NCBI GenBank assembly: GCA_965208105.1
Contig: OZ242318.1
Span: 271,189 to 335,188 of the forward strand
Direction: 5' to 3'
Length of the DNA stretch: 64,000 nt
From: Candidatus Latescibacterota bacterium
GTDB taxonomy: Bacteria; Latescibacterota; UBA2968; UBA8231
Part shown: piece after piece, positions 50,927-61,034 of the stretch
Position numbering within the stretch: the first letter of the stretch is position 1
Layout: each line of letters begins with the position of its first letter
Notes under the pieces: generated by a model
The model's database searches: none
What the model was told of the DNA's origin: nothing
What the model saw: only the letters and a program-made list of their open reading frames with translations
Translations under genes and position numbers: made by a program

Positions 50927-51568
50927 ATGAGGAGAGTGATTGCATCGGTCCTTGGGCCGGCTCTGTTCGGCCTCGTCGTCTGCGCCGGACAGCCCGCCCG
51001 GGCGGACTTGTCCGTCTTCGTGGGCAGGGTCAGTTTCGACGACGATGCCCACCTCGAGGGCGGCCCGGGGCTGGGGGCGCGCATGGGAAAGTCGGGGCGC
51101 CTCTGGGGAGGGGAAACCGCGCTGCTGATCGCCCGCCCTGAGCGCCGGCTCGATGGCACGAAGGAGACGGCCACCGCATTGTTCTACGAGGGCCGCTTCG
51201 CGGTCAACATTCCCGCCGGCCGCTTCATCCCCTTTCTCGGGTTGGGTTTGGGCGCCGTTACGGTGACCTCGACCACTGTTCCCGAAGGCGGCGACGATGC
51301 AAGGGTCGAGGCCCTGAAGGCCATAGCGGACCTGCAGACCAATAGTTCCCTGAGCTATGGGGGAGGGATCAAATACGCCCTCAACGAGTACCTGGAACTG
51401 AGGGCGGACCTCCGGCAGTACCTGGTCTTTTCGGTGCGCGGGCTGGCCGCCCGCGAGTTGCAGCGCCGGGCCGAGGCGCGGGCGGGAGTGGATTTGCCCG
51501 ACGAGCTCACCGAGGACAGCACCGTCCAGTACGGTGAGCTGAGCCTGGGACTCGGATTCAGATTCTGA
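50927..51568 (+). CDS. Outer-membrane beta-barrel protein (OmpA-like 8-strand type)
   Basis: 213 aa, GGAGG upstream, signal peptide ...CAGQPARA, C-terminal ...GELSLGLGFRF. Confidence 0.6.
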   Translation: MRRVIASVLGPALFGLVVCAGQPARADLSVFVGRVSFDDDAHLEGGPGLGARMGKSGRLWGGETALLIARPERRLDGTKETATALFYEGRFAVNIPAGRFIPFLGLGLGAVTVTSTTVPEGGDDARVEALKAIADLQTNSSLSYGGGIKYALNEYLELRADLRQYLVFSVRGLAARELQRRAEARAGVDLPDELTEDSTVQYGELSLGLGFRF

Positions 51569-51578
51569 TGTGGGGGCG

Positions 51579-52859
51579 ATGAATTTCTTTCGCTGGCGCG
51601 GCAGGCGGTCGGACCTCCAGCAGGGGCGAACCGCATTCCAGTTTACCGAGGCGGTCTCGGAGGAGGAGCTCTTCGACGCCGCAACCGTACTGCTGGACCT
51701 GGAGGAGAGCGGAGACCTCGAGGAGGTCCTCGGGGTGCTCGACAGTTGCCTGGAGAAAATCCAGCAGCAGGGCAAGGAAGCGAAGGTGCACCGGCTCGTC
51801 GCCAGGGTCGAGGAGGAGTTCCAGCAGAGGCCGGTGGGACCCCACCAACTCGCCCAGCTGGCCGCGGTGTACCAGCGTCTCGAGGAGGGGGACAGGTCCT
51901 CCTGCCTTCATCGCGCCCTCGGCTTGTCGGTGGAAGCATTGCGCCGCTACCGGGAGGCAGGCGCGCGCCGGGGGGCAGCGATCGTCCTCAACAACTTGGG
52001 GGTTGTCTACAACGAACTGGGAGCTTCCAGTCCCCAGTTTTTTCAAAAGGCCATACCCGCTCTTGAGGAAGCTCTGCGGTTCTACCAGGAGGAGAACGAG
52101 GCCGACTGCCAGCTTTCCATCTACATGTCTCTGGGGGATGCCTATGCCGGGCTCGAGGAACCCGGGCCGGACCACCTCGAGCTTGCGCTGGAGTACTACG
52201 ACCGGGTCTGGAGTCTGTCCGGGCAGTCCGGGGCCAGACTCGAGCAGGCCGCGGCCATGGGACGCCTGGGTGAGGTTCAACTTCAACTCGGGGCCTATTT
52301 CGGAGATGAGGCCCTGGCCAAGGCGGAGAACCATTTTCGCGAATCCTTGAACATCTACGTCGAGGAGCAGAAGCCCTCGGACTGCGCCTACTACCAGACC
52401 TGCCTGGCAGAGGTCTACCTGGCTCTCTCCAAGTCCGACAAGGAGTACCTGATCCAGGCCCTGCACGCCTACGAGGGGGCGCTGGAGTTCTACGAGAAGG
52501 CATCCGACAGAGTCCATGTGGCCGATACCTGCATGGAGATGGCCCGCCTGCATCAGGACCTCAGGGACAGGGATCAGGGAGGGCATCTCTCTTCAGCCGT
52601 GGAGCTCTACTTCAAGGCCATGAGGATCAACCAGGATCTGGGCCGCGACGCCGAGCGGGGAGTCGCTCTGCAGGAGCTTGCCCTCATCTATCTGGATGCG
52701 GGCGCCGGCAGCGCCTCGGCTGACGTCGCCCAGGCCATGCGCTGCCTCGAGTCGGCGGCCGAGGCCTTCGAGGAGGCCGACCTGAAGGACGAGTACAGGA
52801 CGGTGGTTGAGCAGTTGGAGCAGGTCAGGCGGTTCTTCGCCCCTCCGCCTCCGTCCTGA
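51579..52859 (+). CDS. TPR-repeat protein
   Basis: About 426 aa. Repeated A-x-x-Y-x-x-A-L/helical hairpins (ALEYYDRV, AENHFRESLNIY, ALHAYEGALEFY, AVELYFKAMRI). Confidence 0.6.
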   Translation: MNFFRWRGRRSDLQQGRTAFQFTEAVSEEELFDAATVLLDLEESGDLEEVLGVLDSCLEKIQQQGKEAKVHRLVARVEEEFQQRPVGPHQLAQLAAVYQRLEEGDRSSCLHRALGLSVEALRRYREAGARRGAAIVLNNLGVVYNELGASSPQFFQKAIPALEEALRFYQEENEADCQLSIYMSLGDAYAGLEEPGPDHLELALEYYDRVWSLSGQSGARLEQAAAMGRLGEVQLQLGAYFGDEALAKAENHFRESLNIYVEEQKPSDCAYYQTCLAEVYLALSKSDKEYLIQALHAYEGALEFYEKASDRVHVADTCMEMARLHQDLRDRDQGGHLSSAVELYFKAMRINQDLGRDAERGVALQELALIYLDAGAGSASADVAQAMRCLESAAEAFEEADLKDEYRTVVEQLEQVRRFFAPPPPS

Positions 52860-52901
52860 TCCTGCATTCCTGCAGCCGAAATCAAGGAGGACAAACCCGG
52901 G

Positions 52902-53546
52902 ATGCCCGCCGGCAGGGAGGTTCGTTCAGGTGAGTTGCCGCCGGCCTCGAACGGGAGCAGGGCGGACCGCCGCGGCAGGGAGATCGTCGTTGTTTCCGGA
53001 CTGCCCCGGTGCGGAACCTCCATGATGATGAGGATGCTGGAAGCCGGCGGCCACCCGGTGCTCACGGACCACCTGAGGGGGCCGGACGCGGACAACCCGG
53101 GCGGCTACTACGAGTTCGAGCCGGTCAAGAAAATCGGTGAGAGTGCAGACTGGCTGGGACGGGCCTCCGGCCAGGCGGTCAAGATCATCTCCAGGCTGCT
53201 ATTCCAGCTGCCGGCGGGGTTCCACTACAGGGTCATCTTCATGCGGAGAAGCATGGACGAGGTCCTGGCTTCCCAGCGCTGCATGCTTGCCAGGAGGGGA
53301 CAGCCGGTTCGCCCCGAGGAGGACGAGGCCATGGGGCGGTTGTTCCGCCGGCATCTGGAGGAAGTGGAACGCTGGTTGCGAGTCCAGGAGGGTATCGAGA
53401 CCCTCCGGGTCAGCTACAACGAGACTCTGAAATTTCCACTTGAGCAGGCTCGAAGGGTAAATGGATTCCTCGGCGGCCGGCTCGATCCGGCAAGGATGGC
53501 CGCCGTGGTCGACATGACCCTTTACCGCCAGCGCAGCAAACCATGA
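52902..53546 (+). CDS. Sulfotransferase family protein
   Basis: 214 aa. The PAPS 5'-phosphosulfate-binding loop VVSGLPRCGTSMMMRML, and RVIFMRRSMDEVLAS. Confidence 0.65.
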   Translation: MPAGREVRSGELPPASNGSRADRRGREIVVVSGLPRCGTSMMMRMLEAGGHPVLTDHLRGPDADNPGGYYEFEPVKKIGESADWLGRASGQAVKIISRLLFQLPAGFHYRVIFMRRSMDEVLASQRCMLARRGQPVRPEEDEAMGRLFRRHLEEVERWLRVQEGIETLRVSYNETLKFPLEQARRVNGFLGGRLDPARMAAVVDMTLYRQRSKP

Positions 53547-54202
53547 GGAGACATGCCATGAATGGGCTGAGGGCTGTATTCTGCGCCTTCCTGCTGGCTG
53601 GCTGCAGCCAGAACTACAGCGAGAAACGAGGGGAGGAAGCGCTGCGGGAAAGGGGATTGCAGGTACCGGAGGCTGCCAAGGGCGAGACGGCGCCCGCCCA
53701 GTCCCCCGGCGGCGAGTCGGCAGAGCGCCATAGTCTGGGCGGGATCACCGCGGTGGCGCCCGAGGGCTGGAAGCGGATGGCACCCGCCAGCAGCATGCGT
53801 GCGGCGGAGTACCACCTCGAAGATGGCGGGAATGGTGGAAATGCGGTGGTGGCGGTGTTCTACTTCGGTCGCAACCAGGGAGGGTCGGTGGAGGCGAATA
53901 TCGAACGCTGGTACGGGCAATTCCTCCAACCCGACGGCAGCGCCACCACAGATCGAGCCCGGCGCTGGGAACGCCAGGTGGGGGGTATGAAGGTGACTCT
54001 GGTGGATATAAGCGGGACCTTCAGCGGGGGTATGGGACCCATGGGGGCGTCCGCTGAGGCCAAACCCGGGCACCGCATGCTCGGGGCCATTCTGGAATCC
54101 GCCATCGGTCCTTTCTTCTTCAAGCTGACCGGCCCTGATGAGATCGTGGAACGGTGGGAAGGCAGCTTCGAGCAGTTCATCGGAAGTATCGAGGCGGAGT
54201 AG
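53543..54202 (+). CDS. Lipoprotein, hypothetical
   Basis: 219 aa, lipobox FLLAGC. ATGA overlap with the sulfotransferase stop. Confidence 0.5.
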   Translation: MRRHAMNGLRAVFCAFLLAGCSQNYSEKRGEEALRERGLQVPEAAKGETAPAQSPGGESAERHSLGGITAVAPEGWKRMAPASSMRAAEYHLEDGGNGGNAVVAVFYFGRNQGGSVEANIERWYGQFLQPDGSATTDRARRWERQVGGMKVTLVDISGTFSGGMGPMGASAEAKPGHRMLGAILESAIGPFFFKLTGPDEIVERWEGSFEQFIGSIEAE

Positions 54203-54276
54203 GCGGAGCGGCAACTTTCGGAGAGGGAAGTGCTGTCCATGCCAATCATTGCCGTTGCCTCGGAGGAGACGGGCCC

Positions 54277-55119
54277 ATGTACATGCAACTCGAAGACGAA
54301 TTCGGCGATATCGTCGGCAAGGCCAGGAGGGGACAGGAGCTCGAGCCGGCGGCCCTTGCCCGGCAGGCCGGGTTGACCCCCGAGGATTTGCGCCGCATCG
54401 AGAACTACGAGTGGACGCCGGAGGATCCCGTGGTCGAAAACCTGGCGCAGGGTCTCGGGCTGCATCCGGGAAAGCTCAAGGTCAGTGCTGCCAGGCGCTA
54501 TTTTCCCCTTTATCCTGCGGGACATCCTCTCGACGAAATGGTGGTGGAGATGATGGTCCTGGGCGAGGATTTCCTGGTGAACGGCTATGTGGTCGGCTGC
54601 AGGAAAACGGGAAAAGGCGCTGTCATCGACCCGGGATTCGATGCGGAGAAGATTCTGAGGACGGTGGAAGCCACGGGTCTGGAGATCGAGCAGGTACTGC
54701 TTACCCACGGGCACGGAGATCACGTCGGCGCGCTGTCGGAAATCTGCCAGGCCATGGAGGCCCCGGCATTCATCCACGCCGCCGATGTTTCCCTTCTGGG
54801 ACCCGGGAGGACCAAAATCGAAGGGGAGATCGTCGAGGGAAGGATTATCGCCATCGGCCACCAGTCCTTCCTTCCCCTGGCTACTCCAGGCCATACGCCG
54901 GGAGGAATCACCCTCGTCAACGACCAGGTTGCTTTCGTCGGGGATGCGCTCTTCGCCGGGTCGCTGGGGGGCACCCGCAGGCGCTCCGACTACGACCTCC
55001 AGCGCAAGGCGGTGGAAACCGGGATTCTTGATCTTCAGGATCGGGTTGTTCTCTTCCCGGGACACGGGCCGGCGACTACGGTTGGCGAAGAGAAGGCCAA
55101 CAACCCGTTTTTCGCCTGA
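54277..55119 (+). CDS. MBL-fold metallo-hydrolase (glyoxalase II-like) with N-terminal HTH-like extension
   Basis: ATG 54277 behind GGAGGAG. LLTHGHGDHVGAL (HxHxDH), TPGHTPG, GHGP. Confidence 0.8.
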   Translation: MYMQLEDEFGDIVGKARRGQELEPAALARQAGLTPEDLRRIENYEWTPEDPVVENLAQGLGLHPGKLKVSAARRYFPLYPAGHPLDEMVVEMMVLGEDFLVNGYVVGCRKTGKGAVIDPGFDAEKILRTVEATGLEIEQVLLTHGHGDHVGALSEICQAMEAPAFIHAADVSLLGPGRTKIEGEIVEGRIIAIGHQSFLPLATPGHTPGGITLVNDQVAFVGDALFAGSLGGTRRRSDYDLQRKAVETGILDLQDRVVLFPGHGPATTVGEEKANNPFFA

Positions 55120-55980
55120 TCATCGGACGAGCCGGTCGTTCAGGGTCCAGTCGTAGTCGTTGAAGGAAATGGCCACGTCGGGGTTCTGACGCAGGTATGC
55201 CGTCTGCTCGGCCTTCAGGTAGGGCATCAGGTAGTCGATAAGGGTGGGATCGGCCGGAGGGTCAGCGCGGTCCGCTGGAAACCACTCGACGAAGTCGGAG
55301 CCGAACCACAGCATGATTTTGGACAGGTGGAGCAGACCCTTGCCGGCATCGATGCGGACCTGCCGTGGATCGCCGGCAAATCTCTGCAGCGCTGCATCGA
55401 GTCTGAGGTCGAGGTCTTCTCCGCGAAAGGCCCTGTCCTCCAGGGGCGGACAACTGACCGCGGCGCAGTTGACGGCAAAGTGGATGCGCGGCTCCCTGTA
55501 GCGCTGGCGGATTATGCCGTGCTCCAACTCGTCCAGGGTGAGGCTGTCGCCGCCAGCCTGAAAGTACAATCTGGAAAAGAATCCGCTCTCTTCCCCGATG
55601 TCCATGACCGTCGCCACCGGATATTCGTCGATCACTCCCTTCAGTACAAAGGCATTGTAGGCGTTGATCCAATAGGCCAGTTCGTGCCGCGGCGCCGGAA
55701 AGCGGTCCGGATGACTTCGCGGGCTGAAACTGCCCAGGCTGTCGATGTAGGCGTCCAGTGAATCCCTGTTGGCCTTGAGACCGGTATAGTCCACCCGGCC
55801 ATCGCGGTCCACGTAGGCGCGCAGGACCCCGTCGAAGAGTTCGTGGGAGAATGGCGCGGCCGCCTGGGCCCCGCCGGCGATAACGGCGGGGAGGCCGACA
55901 CACAGCAGGTGGAGTGATATTAGCGGTATGGTTGCCAGGCGAACCTTTCCCCTGGGGGATTGAGCCTCGGTGGGTTTCAT
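55120..55980 (-). CDS. DUF547 domain-containing protein
   Basis: 286 aa with a signal/anchor. AYWINAYNAFVLKGVIDEYP, IHFAVNCAAVSCPPL. Confidence 0.7.
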   Translation of the reverse strand: MKPTEAQSPRGKVRLATIPLISLHLLCVGLPAVIAGGAQAAAPFSHELFDGVLRAYVDRDGRVDYTGLKANRDSLDAYIDSLGSFSPRSHPDRFPAPRHELAYWINAYNAFVLKGVIDEYPVATVMDIGEESGFFSRLYFQAGGDSLTLDELEHGIIRQRYREPRIHFAVNCAAVSCPPLEDRAFRGEDLDLRLDAALQRFAGDPRQVRIDAGKGLLHLSKIMLWFGSDFVEWFPADRADPPADPTLIDYLMPYLKAEQTAYLRQNPDVAISFNDYDWTLNDRLVR

Positions 55981-56189
55981 TTTCTGCTCTGCAACAGGTC
56001 TCCGGGGCCGGCCTTGGACTAGTTTGAACTCGGACCGGCCTGGATGCGGCGGACGCCAAACCGGTGGCGGCCCCTTCTACTCTTGCCGACCGGGACCTCA
56101 CAACACCTGCCGGGGACCGCGGGCCCATCCGGTCATTCGCTATCAAGATAAACGGGGAGCGCCGGGATTCAAGTCCCGAAGGAGAAAGT

Positions 56190-58505
56190 GTGGATCGGTC
56201 GATTATTCTCAAAGAGGTGACAGAGGGTCCGCTCGAGGGGGTGGACCTGGAAATTCCTCTGGGGCGCCTGGTGTGCTTCGTGGGGCGCCAGGGATCGGGC
56301 TGCCGGACCCTGGCTGTGGACGTTCTCTACCCCGAGAGCCGGCGGCGCTACATGCTGACCCTTTCACCTTTCGAACGCGAAAGTCTGGGTGGTCCCGGAG
56401 GGGTTGTGGTGGAAGGTGTGAGCGGACTGCCGCCTGCCCTGTTCTACGACGGCCTGGGGAGGCGCCCCAGGGAGACGGTGGCTGCCTACCTCCAGGTGGA
56501 CCAGGCATTGGCACAGTTGTTGCATCAACGGGGCGAGGTGGCATGCCTCGAATGCGGTGGAGTGTGCCGCTCCTACAGTGTGGAAGAGGCGGCAGAAGAG
56601 GTCCTCCGGGTGCTGAAGGAGGAACGGGCCCTTTTGCTGGCGCCCTTGTCCCGGGGGGAGGAAACTCCCTGGCCCTCCGTCCTCGTGGAGCTTCAAAAGG
56701 CCGGATTTCTGCGCATCCGCCGCGGGGGAAAGGTGATGAGGCTGGATGAAGGAGGGATTCCAGGGGGCGCCATCCCGGATGAGGCCAGGCTCGAGGTGGT
56801 CATAGACCGGCTTGTCGGGGGGGCAGGCAGGAAAAGCAGGATCATCGAGGCAATCCACAACGCCCGCGCCATCTCCGGGGGACGGACCCTGCTGGTGGGC
56901 TCGGATACGGGCAAGGAGACAGTGCTGAACCAGCAGTTGACCTGCGGCCGATGCGGGACCTCCTGCGGGGACCTGGTTGCCGAAGATTTCTCAGGCTCCG
57001 GAAAGGGGCGCGGGACCCTGGCTCGCCAGGTCTCGATCAATGGCCTTGGCCTCGGGGACCTGGAGCATATGGACCTCGGCAGTATGGCGCGGTTTCTGCG
57101 CCGGATCGACGATCCCGGCAGCAGGGTGGCCGCGGCCATCACCTCCCTGGAGGAGGGATGCAGCCTGGGCCTGGAATACCTCGCGCTGTCGCGCAGCACG
57201 AGGCAGCTTTCCACCGGAGAGTGGCAGCGCCTCCTCCTGGCCAACTGCTTGGGCAGTCGGATGACGGGAATCCTCTACATTTTCTCAGCCCCGACCGCCG
57301 GGCTCACCGGACGCGACATCCTTCTCTGCATCCAGGGACTGCGTCGGCTCGTGGACCGGGGGAACACCGTGGTTGCCGTCGACCATGCGCCGTCCTTGCT
57401 GATGGAGGCGGACGCAGTCATCGCCTTCGAGGAAGGCCGGGCGAGGAGGTCGAGAGGATCGGGTCTGAAGCGCATGTCCGGGTCACCCATCCGGGAAAAG
57501 CCTGGCCGGGCTGGACCTGAAATATGGATCCGCGGCGGCGCTTTCAGGAACCTGGCTTCCATCGACCTCCACCTGCCGCTGCAGCGTCTGGTCGGGGTTA
57601 CGGGGCCTTCGGGGTCGGGAAAGACCACCCTGCTCGACGAGGTGGTGGCCCCGCTCCTGCGCGGAAGGACCGTCCGCGCAGGAGCGGGGAACAAGCGCAT
57701 CGTGCTCCAGGGGGCGGACCTGGTACGCAGGGTTACGCAGATCTCGGGACAACGGACCGGCAAGGGCAAACTCCTGCTGGAAGAGCTGCAACTATTCGGC
57801 TATCTCGGTAAACTCTTTGCCGCCACCCCGGCGGCGCGCCAGCGCAACTGTCCCCCCGAGTGGTTTCTGCTGGACAGGCCCGGGGGGCGCTGCACTGCCT
57901 GTGAGGGCAGAGGTGTTCTGCGCTACGATCTGCACTTCCTGGAGGATGTCTCTCTACCCTGTCCCTCCTGCGGGGGCCGCCGCTACCGCCCGGAGATGCT
58001 GGAAATCACCCGGAATGGCCTGAATATTGCCGATGTCCTGGATTTGTCTGTCGAGCAGGGGAGGCGCCATTTCCACCGCGATGGTCCGACCGCGTCGAGG
58101 TTGGCGGCCGCGCAATCCTGCGGATTGGGTAGTTGCCTCCTGGGGAGATCCAGTGCCCAACTGGAGCGGGGGGAGTTTCTGCGCCTGCAATTGTCCGTTG
58201 AGCTGGCCCGGGCATCTCCCTCGGAGCTGATCCTTCTGGACCACCCGGCAGGTGGGGATCACCCCGGCGATCTGGAGCAGACTGTTCGGGCCCTGGATGC
58301 AGTCGTAGCCAGGGGAGCATCCGTCCTGATGGAAGAGAACCGCCATGAGCTACTGGCTGAGGCCGATTGGCTGATCGCCATGGAAAGGGAAAGTGGAGAG
58401 CGAGGCATGGGACGAATCGTCGCCGCGGGAACCCCGGAGGATCTGATGGCCGGGCAGGAGGTTGTCCCATCCCCGAGGCGGTCCTCGCGGGGCGATGGGG
58501 AATAG
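56190..58505 (+). CDS. UvrA-like tandem-ABC protein with degenerate nucleotide-binding motifs
   Basis: GTG 56190 (GGAGAAA upstream) within ORF 56064..58505. Colinear with UvrA: PESRRRYMLTLSPFERESLGG, Zn modules CLECGG / CGRCGTSC / CTACEGRG...CPSCGG. However, NBD1 Walker A is GRQGSGCRT, NBD1 Walker B is LYIFSAPTAGL and NBD2 Walker B is LILLDHPAGG. NBD2 Walker A GPSGSGKTT is intact. Confidence 0.7.
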   Translation: MDRSIILKEVTEGPLEGVDLEIPLGRLVCFVGRQGSGCRTLAVDVLYPESRRRYMLTLSPFERESLGGPGGVVVEGVSGLPPALFYDGLGRRPRETVAAYLQVDQALAQLLHQRGEVACLECGGVCRSYSVEEAAEEVLRVLKEERALLLAPLSRGEETPWPSVLVELQKAGFLRIRRGGKVMRLDEGGIPGGAIPDEARLEVVIDRLVGGAGRKSRIIEAIHNARAISGGRTLLVGSDTGKETVLNQQLTCGRCGTSCGDLVAEDFSGSGKGRGTLARQVSINGLGLGDLEHMDLGSMARFLRRIDDPGSRVAAAITSLEEGCSLGLEYLALSRSTRQLSTGEWQRLLLANCLGSRMTGILYIFSAPTAGLTGRDILLCIQGLRRLVDRGNTVVAVDHAPSLLMEADAVIAFEEGRARRSRGSGLKRMSGSPIREKPGRAGPEIWIRGGAFRNLASIDLHLPLQRLVGVTGPSGSGKTTLLDEVVAPLLRGRTVRAGAGNKRIVLQGADLVRRVTQISGQRTGKGKLLLEELQLFGYLGKLFAATPAARQRNCPPEWFLLDRPGGRCTACEGRGVLRYDLHFLEDVSLPCPSCGGRRYRPEMLEITRNGLNIADVLDLSVEQGRRHFHRDGPTASRLAAAQSCGLGSCLLGRSSAQLERGEFLRLQLSVELARASPSELILLDHPAGGDHPGDLEQTVRALDAVVARGASVLMEENRHELLAEADWLIAMERESGERGMGRIVAAGTPEDLMAGQEVVPSPRRSSRGDGE

Positions 58506-58602
58506 CCGCCGGGTCAGGGTTGACGAAGTTCACTATAAGTATTTATTTTCTAATGTATATGGAATTGTGCAGCGCCGTTGCGGAAAGGCCGCCAGGAAGC
58601 CC

Positions 58603-59070
58603 ATGGGCATTGAACAGGATCTGCGAAGGCAAAAGGTTTCCCGGCTCGAGCTGAGTGGTTTTGTCACCGTAAAGGTATGGACGCCTGTATTTGAAGTTTT
58701 GCGTCTGATGCGCGAGGAACATGTAAATGCCGTGCTGGTTGAAGGCGATGAGGGGTTGGCCGGCATTTTCACCGAGCGCGACGTGCTCCTCAAGGTGGCT
58801 GACGACCCTTCGATGTGGAAATTGCCCGTCGGCCGGGTGATGACCCCATCCCCCCAGACGGTTTCTCCAGACACGCCGATAATTGAAGCCTTGCGGCTTA
58901 TGAATGCAGGCCACTACCGCAATCTTCCAGTCATGGACGGAGCGGGCAAAATCGTCGGCAATCTCTCCCAATACGTGGTCGTCCACTTTCTGACCGATCG
59001 CTTCCCGCTGGAAATCTACAATCTTCCCCCCGACCCCGAACTTATCCCTCAAACAAAGGAAGGGGCCTGA
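58603..59070 (+). CDS. CBS-domain pair protein
   Basis: Internal ATG 58603 of ORF 58462..59070. ...NAVLVEGDEGLAGIFTERDVLLKV... and ...HYRNLPVMDGAGKIVGNLS.... Confidence 0.75.
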   Translation: MGIEQDLRRQKVSRLELSGFVTVKVWTPVFEVLRLMREEHVNAVLVEGDEGLAGIFTERDVLLKVADDPSMWKLPVGRVMTPSPQTVSPDTPIIEALRLMNAGHYRNLPVMDGAGKIVGNLSQYVVVHFLTDRFPLEIYNLPPDPELIPQTKEGA

Positions 59071-59110
59071 TCTTGCGCCTGGCTCCTTGCCCTCAGGAGA
59101 ACCGGATTTA

Positions 59111-61012
59111 ATGGCCGCCCTCACGGCCTCATCGCCAGCAGCGAACAGAGCTGAAGACCGAGATCCATCCAGGCAGTCTGCACCCGCGAAAGTCGAAGAA
59201 CGAGAGTCCGTGGTCATCCTGTTTTCCGGAGACTCCGGCGATGGCATGCAGCTGACCGGGGACCAGTTCACCAACACTTCTGCCGTTTTTGGCAATGATG
59301 TCAGCACCTCTCCGGATTTTCCCGCCGAGATTCGCGCCCCCGCCGGTACCATTCCCGGATTGAGTGAAATCCAGGTCCATTTTTCTTCCCAGGACCTGTT
59401 CACCGCAGGCGACGCCCCGGGGGTTCTGGTGGCGATGAACCCGGCCGCCATCAAGGCCAACCTCCACGAACTGGAGCCAGGCGGAATAATCATAGCCAAC
59501 AGCGACGCCTTCAGCCGCAGCAATCTCCGCAAGGCCGGTTACGAGGAAAATCCCCTGGAGAACGATGCGCTCAAGGGCTACGAAGTCTACAAGGTGGCTC
59601 TGACCAAGCTGACCCGCGCTTCCCTCGAGGGGGCAGAGGGACTGAGCAATCAGCAGAAGGATTTGTGCAAGAATGCTTTTGCCCTGGGCTTGACATTCTG
59701 GATATTCGACCGCCCGCTCGAAACCACGCTCAAGTTCTACAGCGAGAAATTCGCTCAGCGTCCGAAGGTGGTCGAGGCCAACACCAAAGCTCTCAAGGCC
59801 GGCTATTACTACGGCGAAACCTCGGAGATCTTCCAGCGCCGGTTCCAGGTTGCCAGGCGCGAGGCCGTGGCGCCCGGAGTCTATCGCCGCATCAGCGGCA
59901 ACGAGGCGCTGGCATTGGGTCTCGTAACGGCAGCGCGCAAGGCGGGCAAGCCGCTGTTCTACGGCAGCTACCCCATTACCCCGGCCTCCGCGGTCCTGGA
60001 GGAATTGGCCACCCTGAAAAGCTACGACGTTCGCACCTTTCAGGCCGAGGATGAGATCGCCGCCATCGGCTCTGTCATCGGAGCGGCCTTTGGCGGAGCC
60101 CTGGCGGCGACCGCCAGCAGCGGACCGGGCGTCGTCCTCAAGAGCGAGGGGATCAACCTGGCCGTCGTCCTCGAATTGCCCCTGGTGGTCATCGACATCC
60201 AGCGCGGCGGTCCCAGCACCGGCCTGCCGACCAAAACCGAGCAGACCGATTTGTTGGAGGTGCTCTATGGCCGCAACGGCGAAAGCCCCATTCCCGTCCT
60301 GGCCCCAGCTACTTCAGCCGAGTGCTTCGACATGGCCGTCCAGGCCTTTCGCATTGCGGTGCGCTACATGACCCCCGTTTTTCTGCTTGCCGACGGCTAC
60401 CTCGCCAACCATTCCGAGCCGTGGAAGATCCCCGATCCAGATGAAATCGAGCCCATCGAGGTCGATCATCGGCGCGACCCCGAGGGCTTCCAACCTTACG
60501 TTCGGGACCCCGAGACCTTGTCGCGGCCCTGGGTCATTCCCGGAACCCCCGGTCTCGAGCATCGCATCGGCGGCCTGGGAAAGCAGGACGTGAGCGGCAA
60601 TGTCTCCTATGCGCCAGAAGACCACGAAGAGATCGTGCGGATCCGGGCGAAGAAGGTCGAGGGGATAGGGGAATTCATCCCCGATGTCGAAGTATCAGGT
60701 CCGGATCACGGCGATTTGCTGGTCGTCGGCTGGGGTGGCACCTTCGGCGCCATTCACGCAGCGGTGAGACAGGCGCAGCAGGAAGGAAGATCGGTCGCCA
60801 GCGCGCATTTGCGCTACCTGAATCCCTTTCCAAAAAATCTGGGCGAGGTGCTGAGTCGTTACGAGAAGATCCTGGTAGCGGAGTTGAATCTGGGGCAGCT
60901 CGCTCTCCTGTTGAAAGGACATTTCCTGGTTCCCGTAACCTCGCTCAACAAAGTCCAGGGCCAGCCCTTTCAAATCCGGGAGATCGCGGACAAGATCCGG
61001 GAGATGCTGTAA
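59111..61012 (+). CDS. korA: 2-oxoacid:ferredoxin (acceptor) oxidoreductase subunit alpha (fused gamma plus alpha domains)
   Basis: VVILFSGDSGDGMQLTGDQFT...DFPAEIRAPAGT (gamma domain), then GSYPITPAS, FQAEDEIAAIG, DIQRGGPSTGLPTKTEQTDL. Confidence 0.9.
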   Translation: MAALTASSPAANRAEDRDPSRQSAPAKVEERESVVILFSGDSGDGMQLTGDQFTNTSAVFGNDVSTSPDFPAEIRAPAGTIPGLSEIQVHFSSQDLFTAGDAPGVLVAMNPAAIKANLHELEPGGIIIANSDAFSRSNLRKAGYEENPLENDALKGYEVYKVALTKLTRASLEGAEGLSNQQKDLCKNAFALGLTFWIFDRPLETTLKFYSEKFAQRPKVVEANTKALKAGYYYGETSEIFQRRFQVARREAVAPGVYRRISGNEALALGLVTAARKAGKPLFYGSYPITPASAVLEELATLKSYDVRTFQAEDEIAAIGSVIGAAFGGALAATASSGPGVVLKSEGINLAVVLELPLVVIDIQRGGPSTGLPTKTEQTDLLEVLYGRNGESPIPVLAPATSAECFDMAVQAFRIAVRYMTPVFLLADGYLANHSEPWKIPDPDEIEPIEVDHRRDPEGFQPYVRDPETLSRPWVIPGTPGLEHRIGGLGKQDVSGNVSYAPEDHEEIVRIRAKKVEGIGEFIPDVEVSGPDHGDLLVVGWGGTFGAIHAAVRQAQQEGRSVASAHLRYLNPFPKNLGEVLSRYEKILVAELNLGQLALLLKGHFLVPVTSLNKVQGQPFQIREIADKIREML

Positions 61013-61034
61013 CCAACGAGCAAGGAGACCTGCG

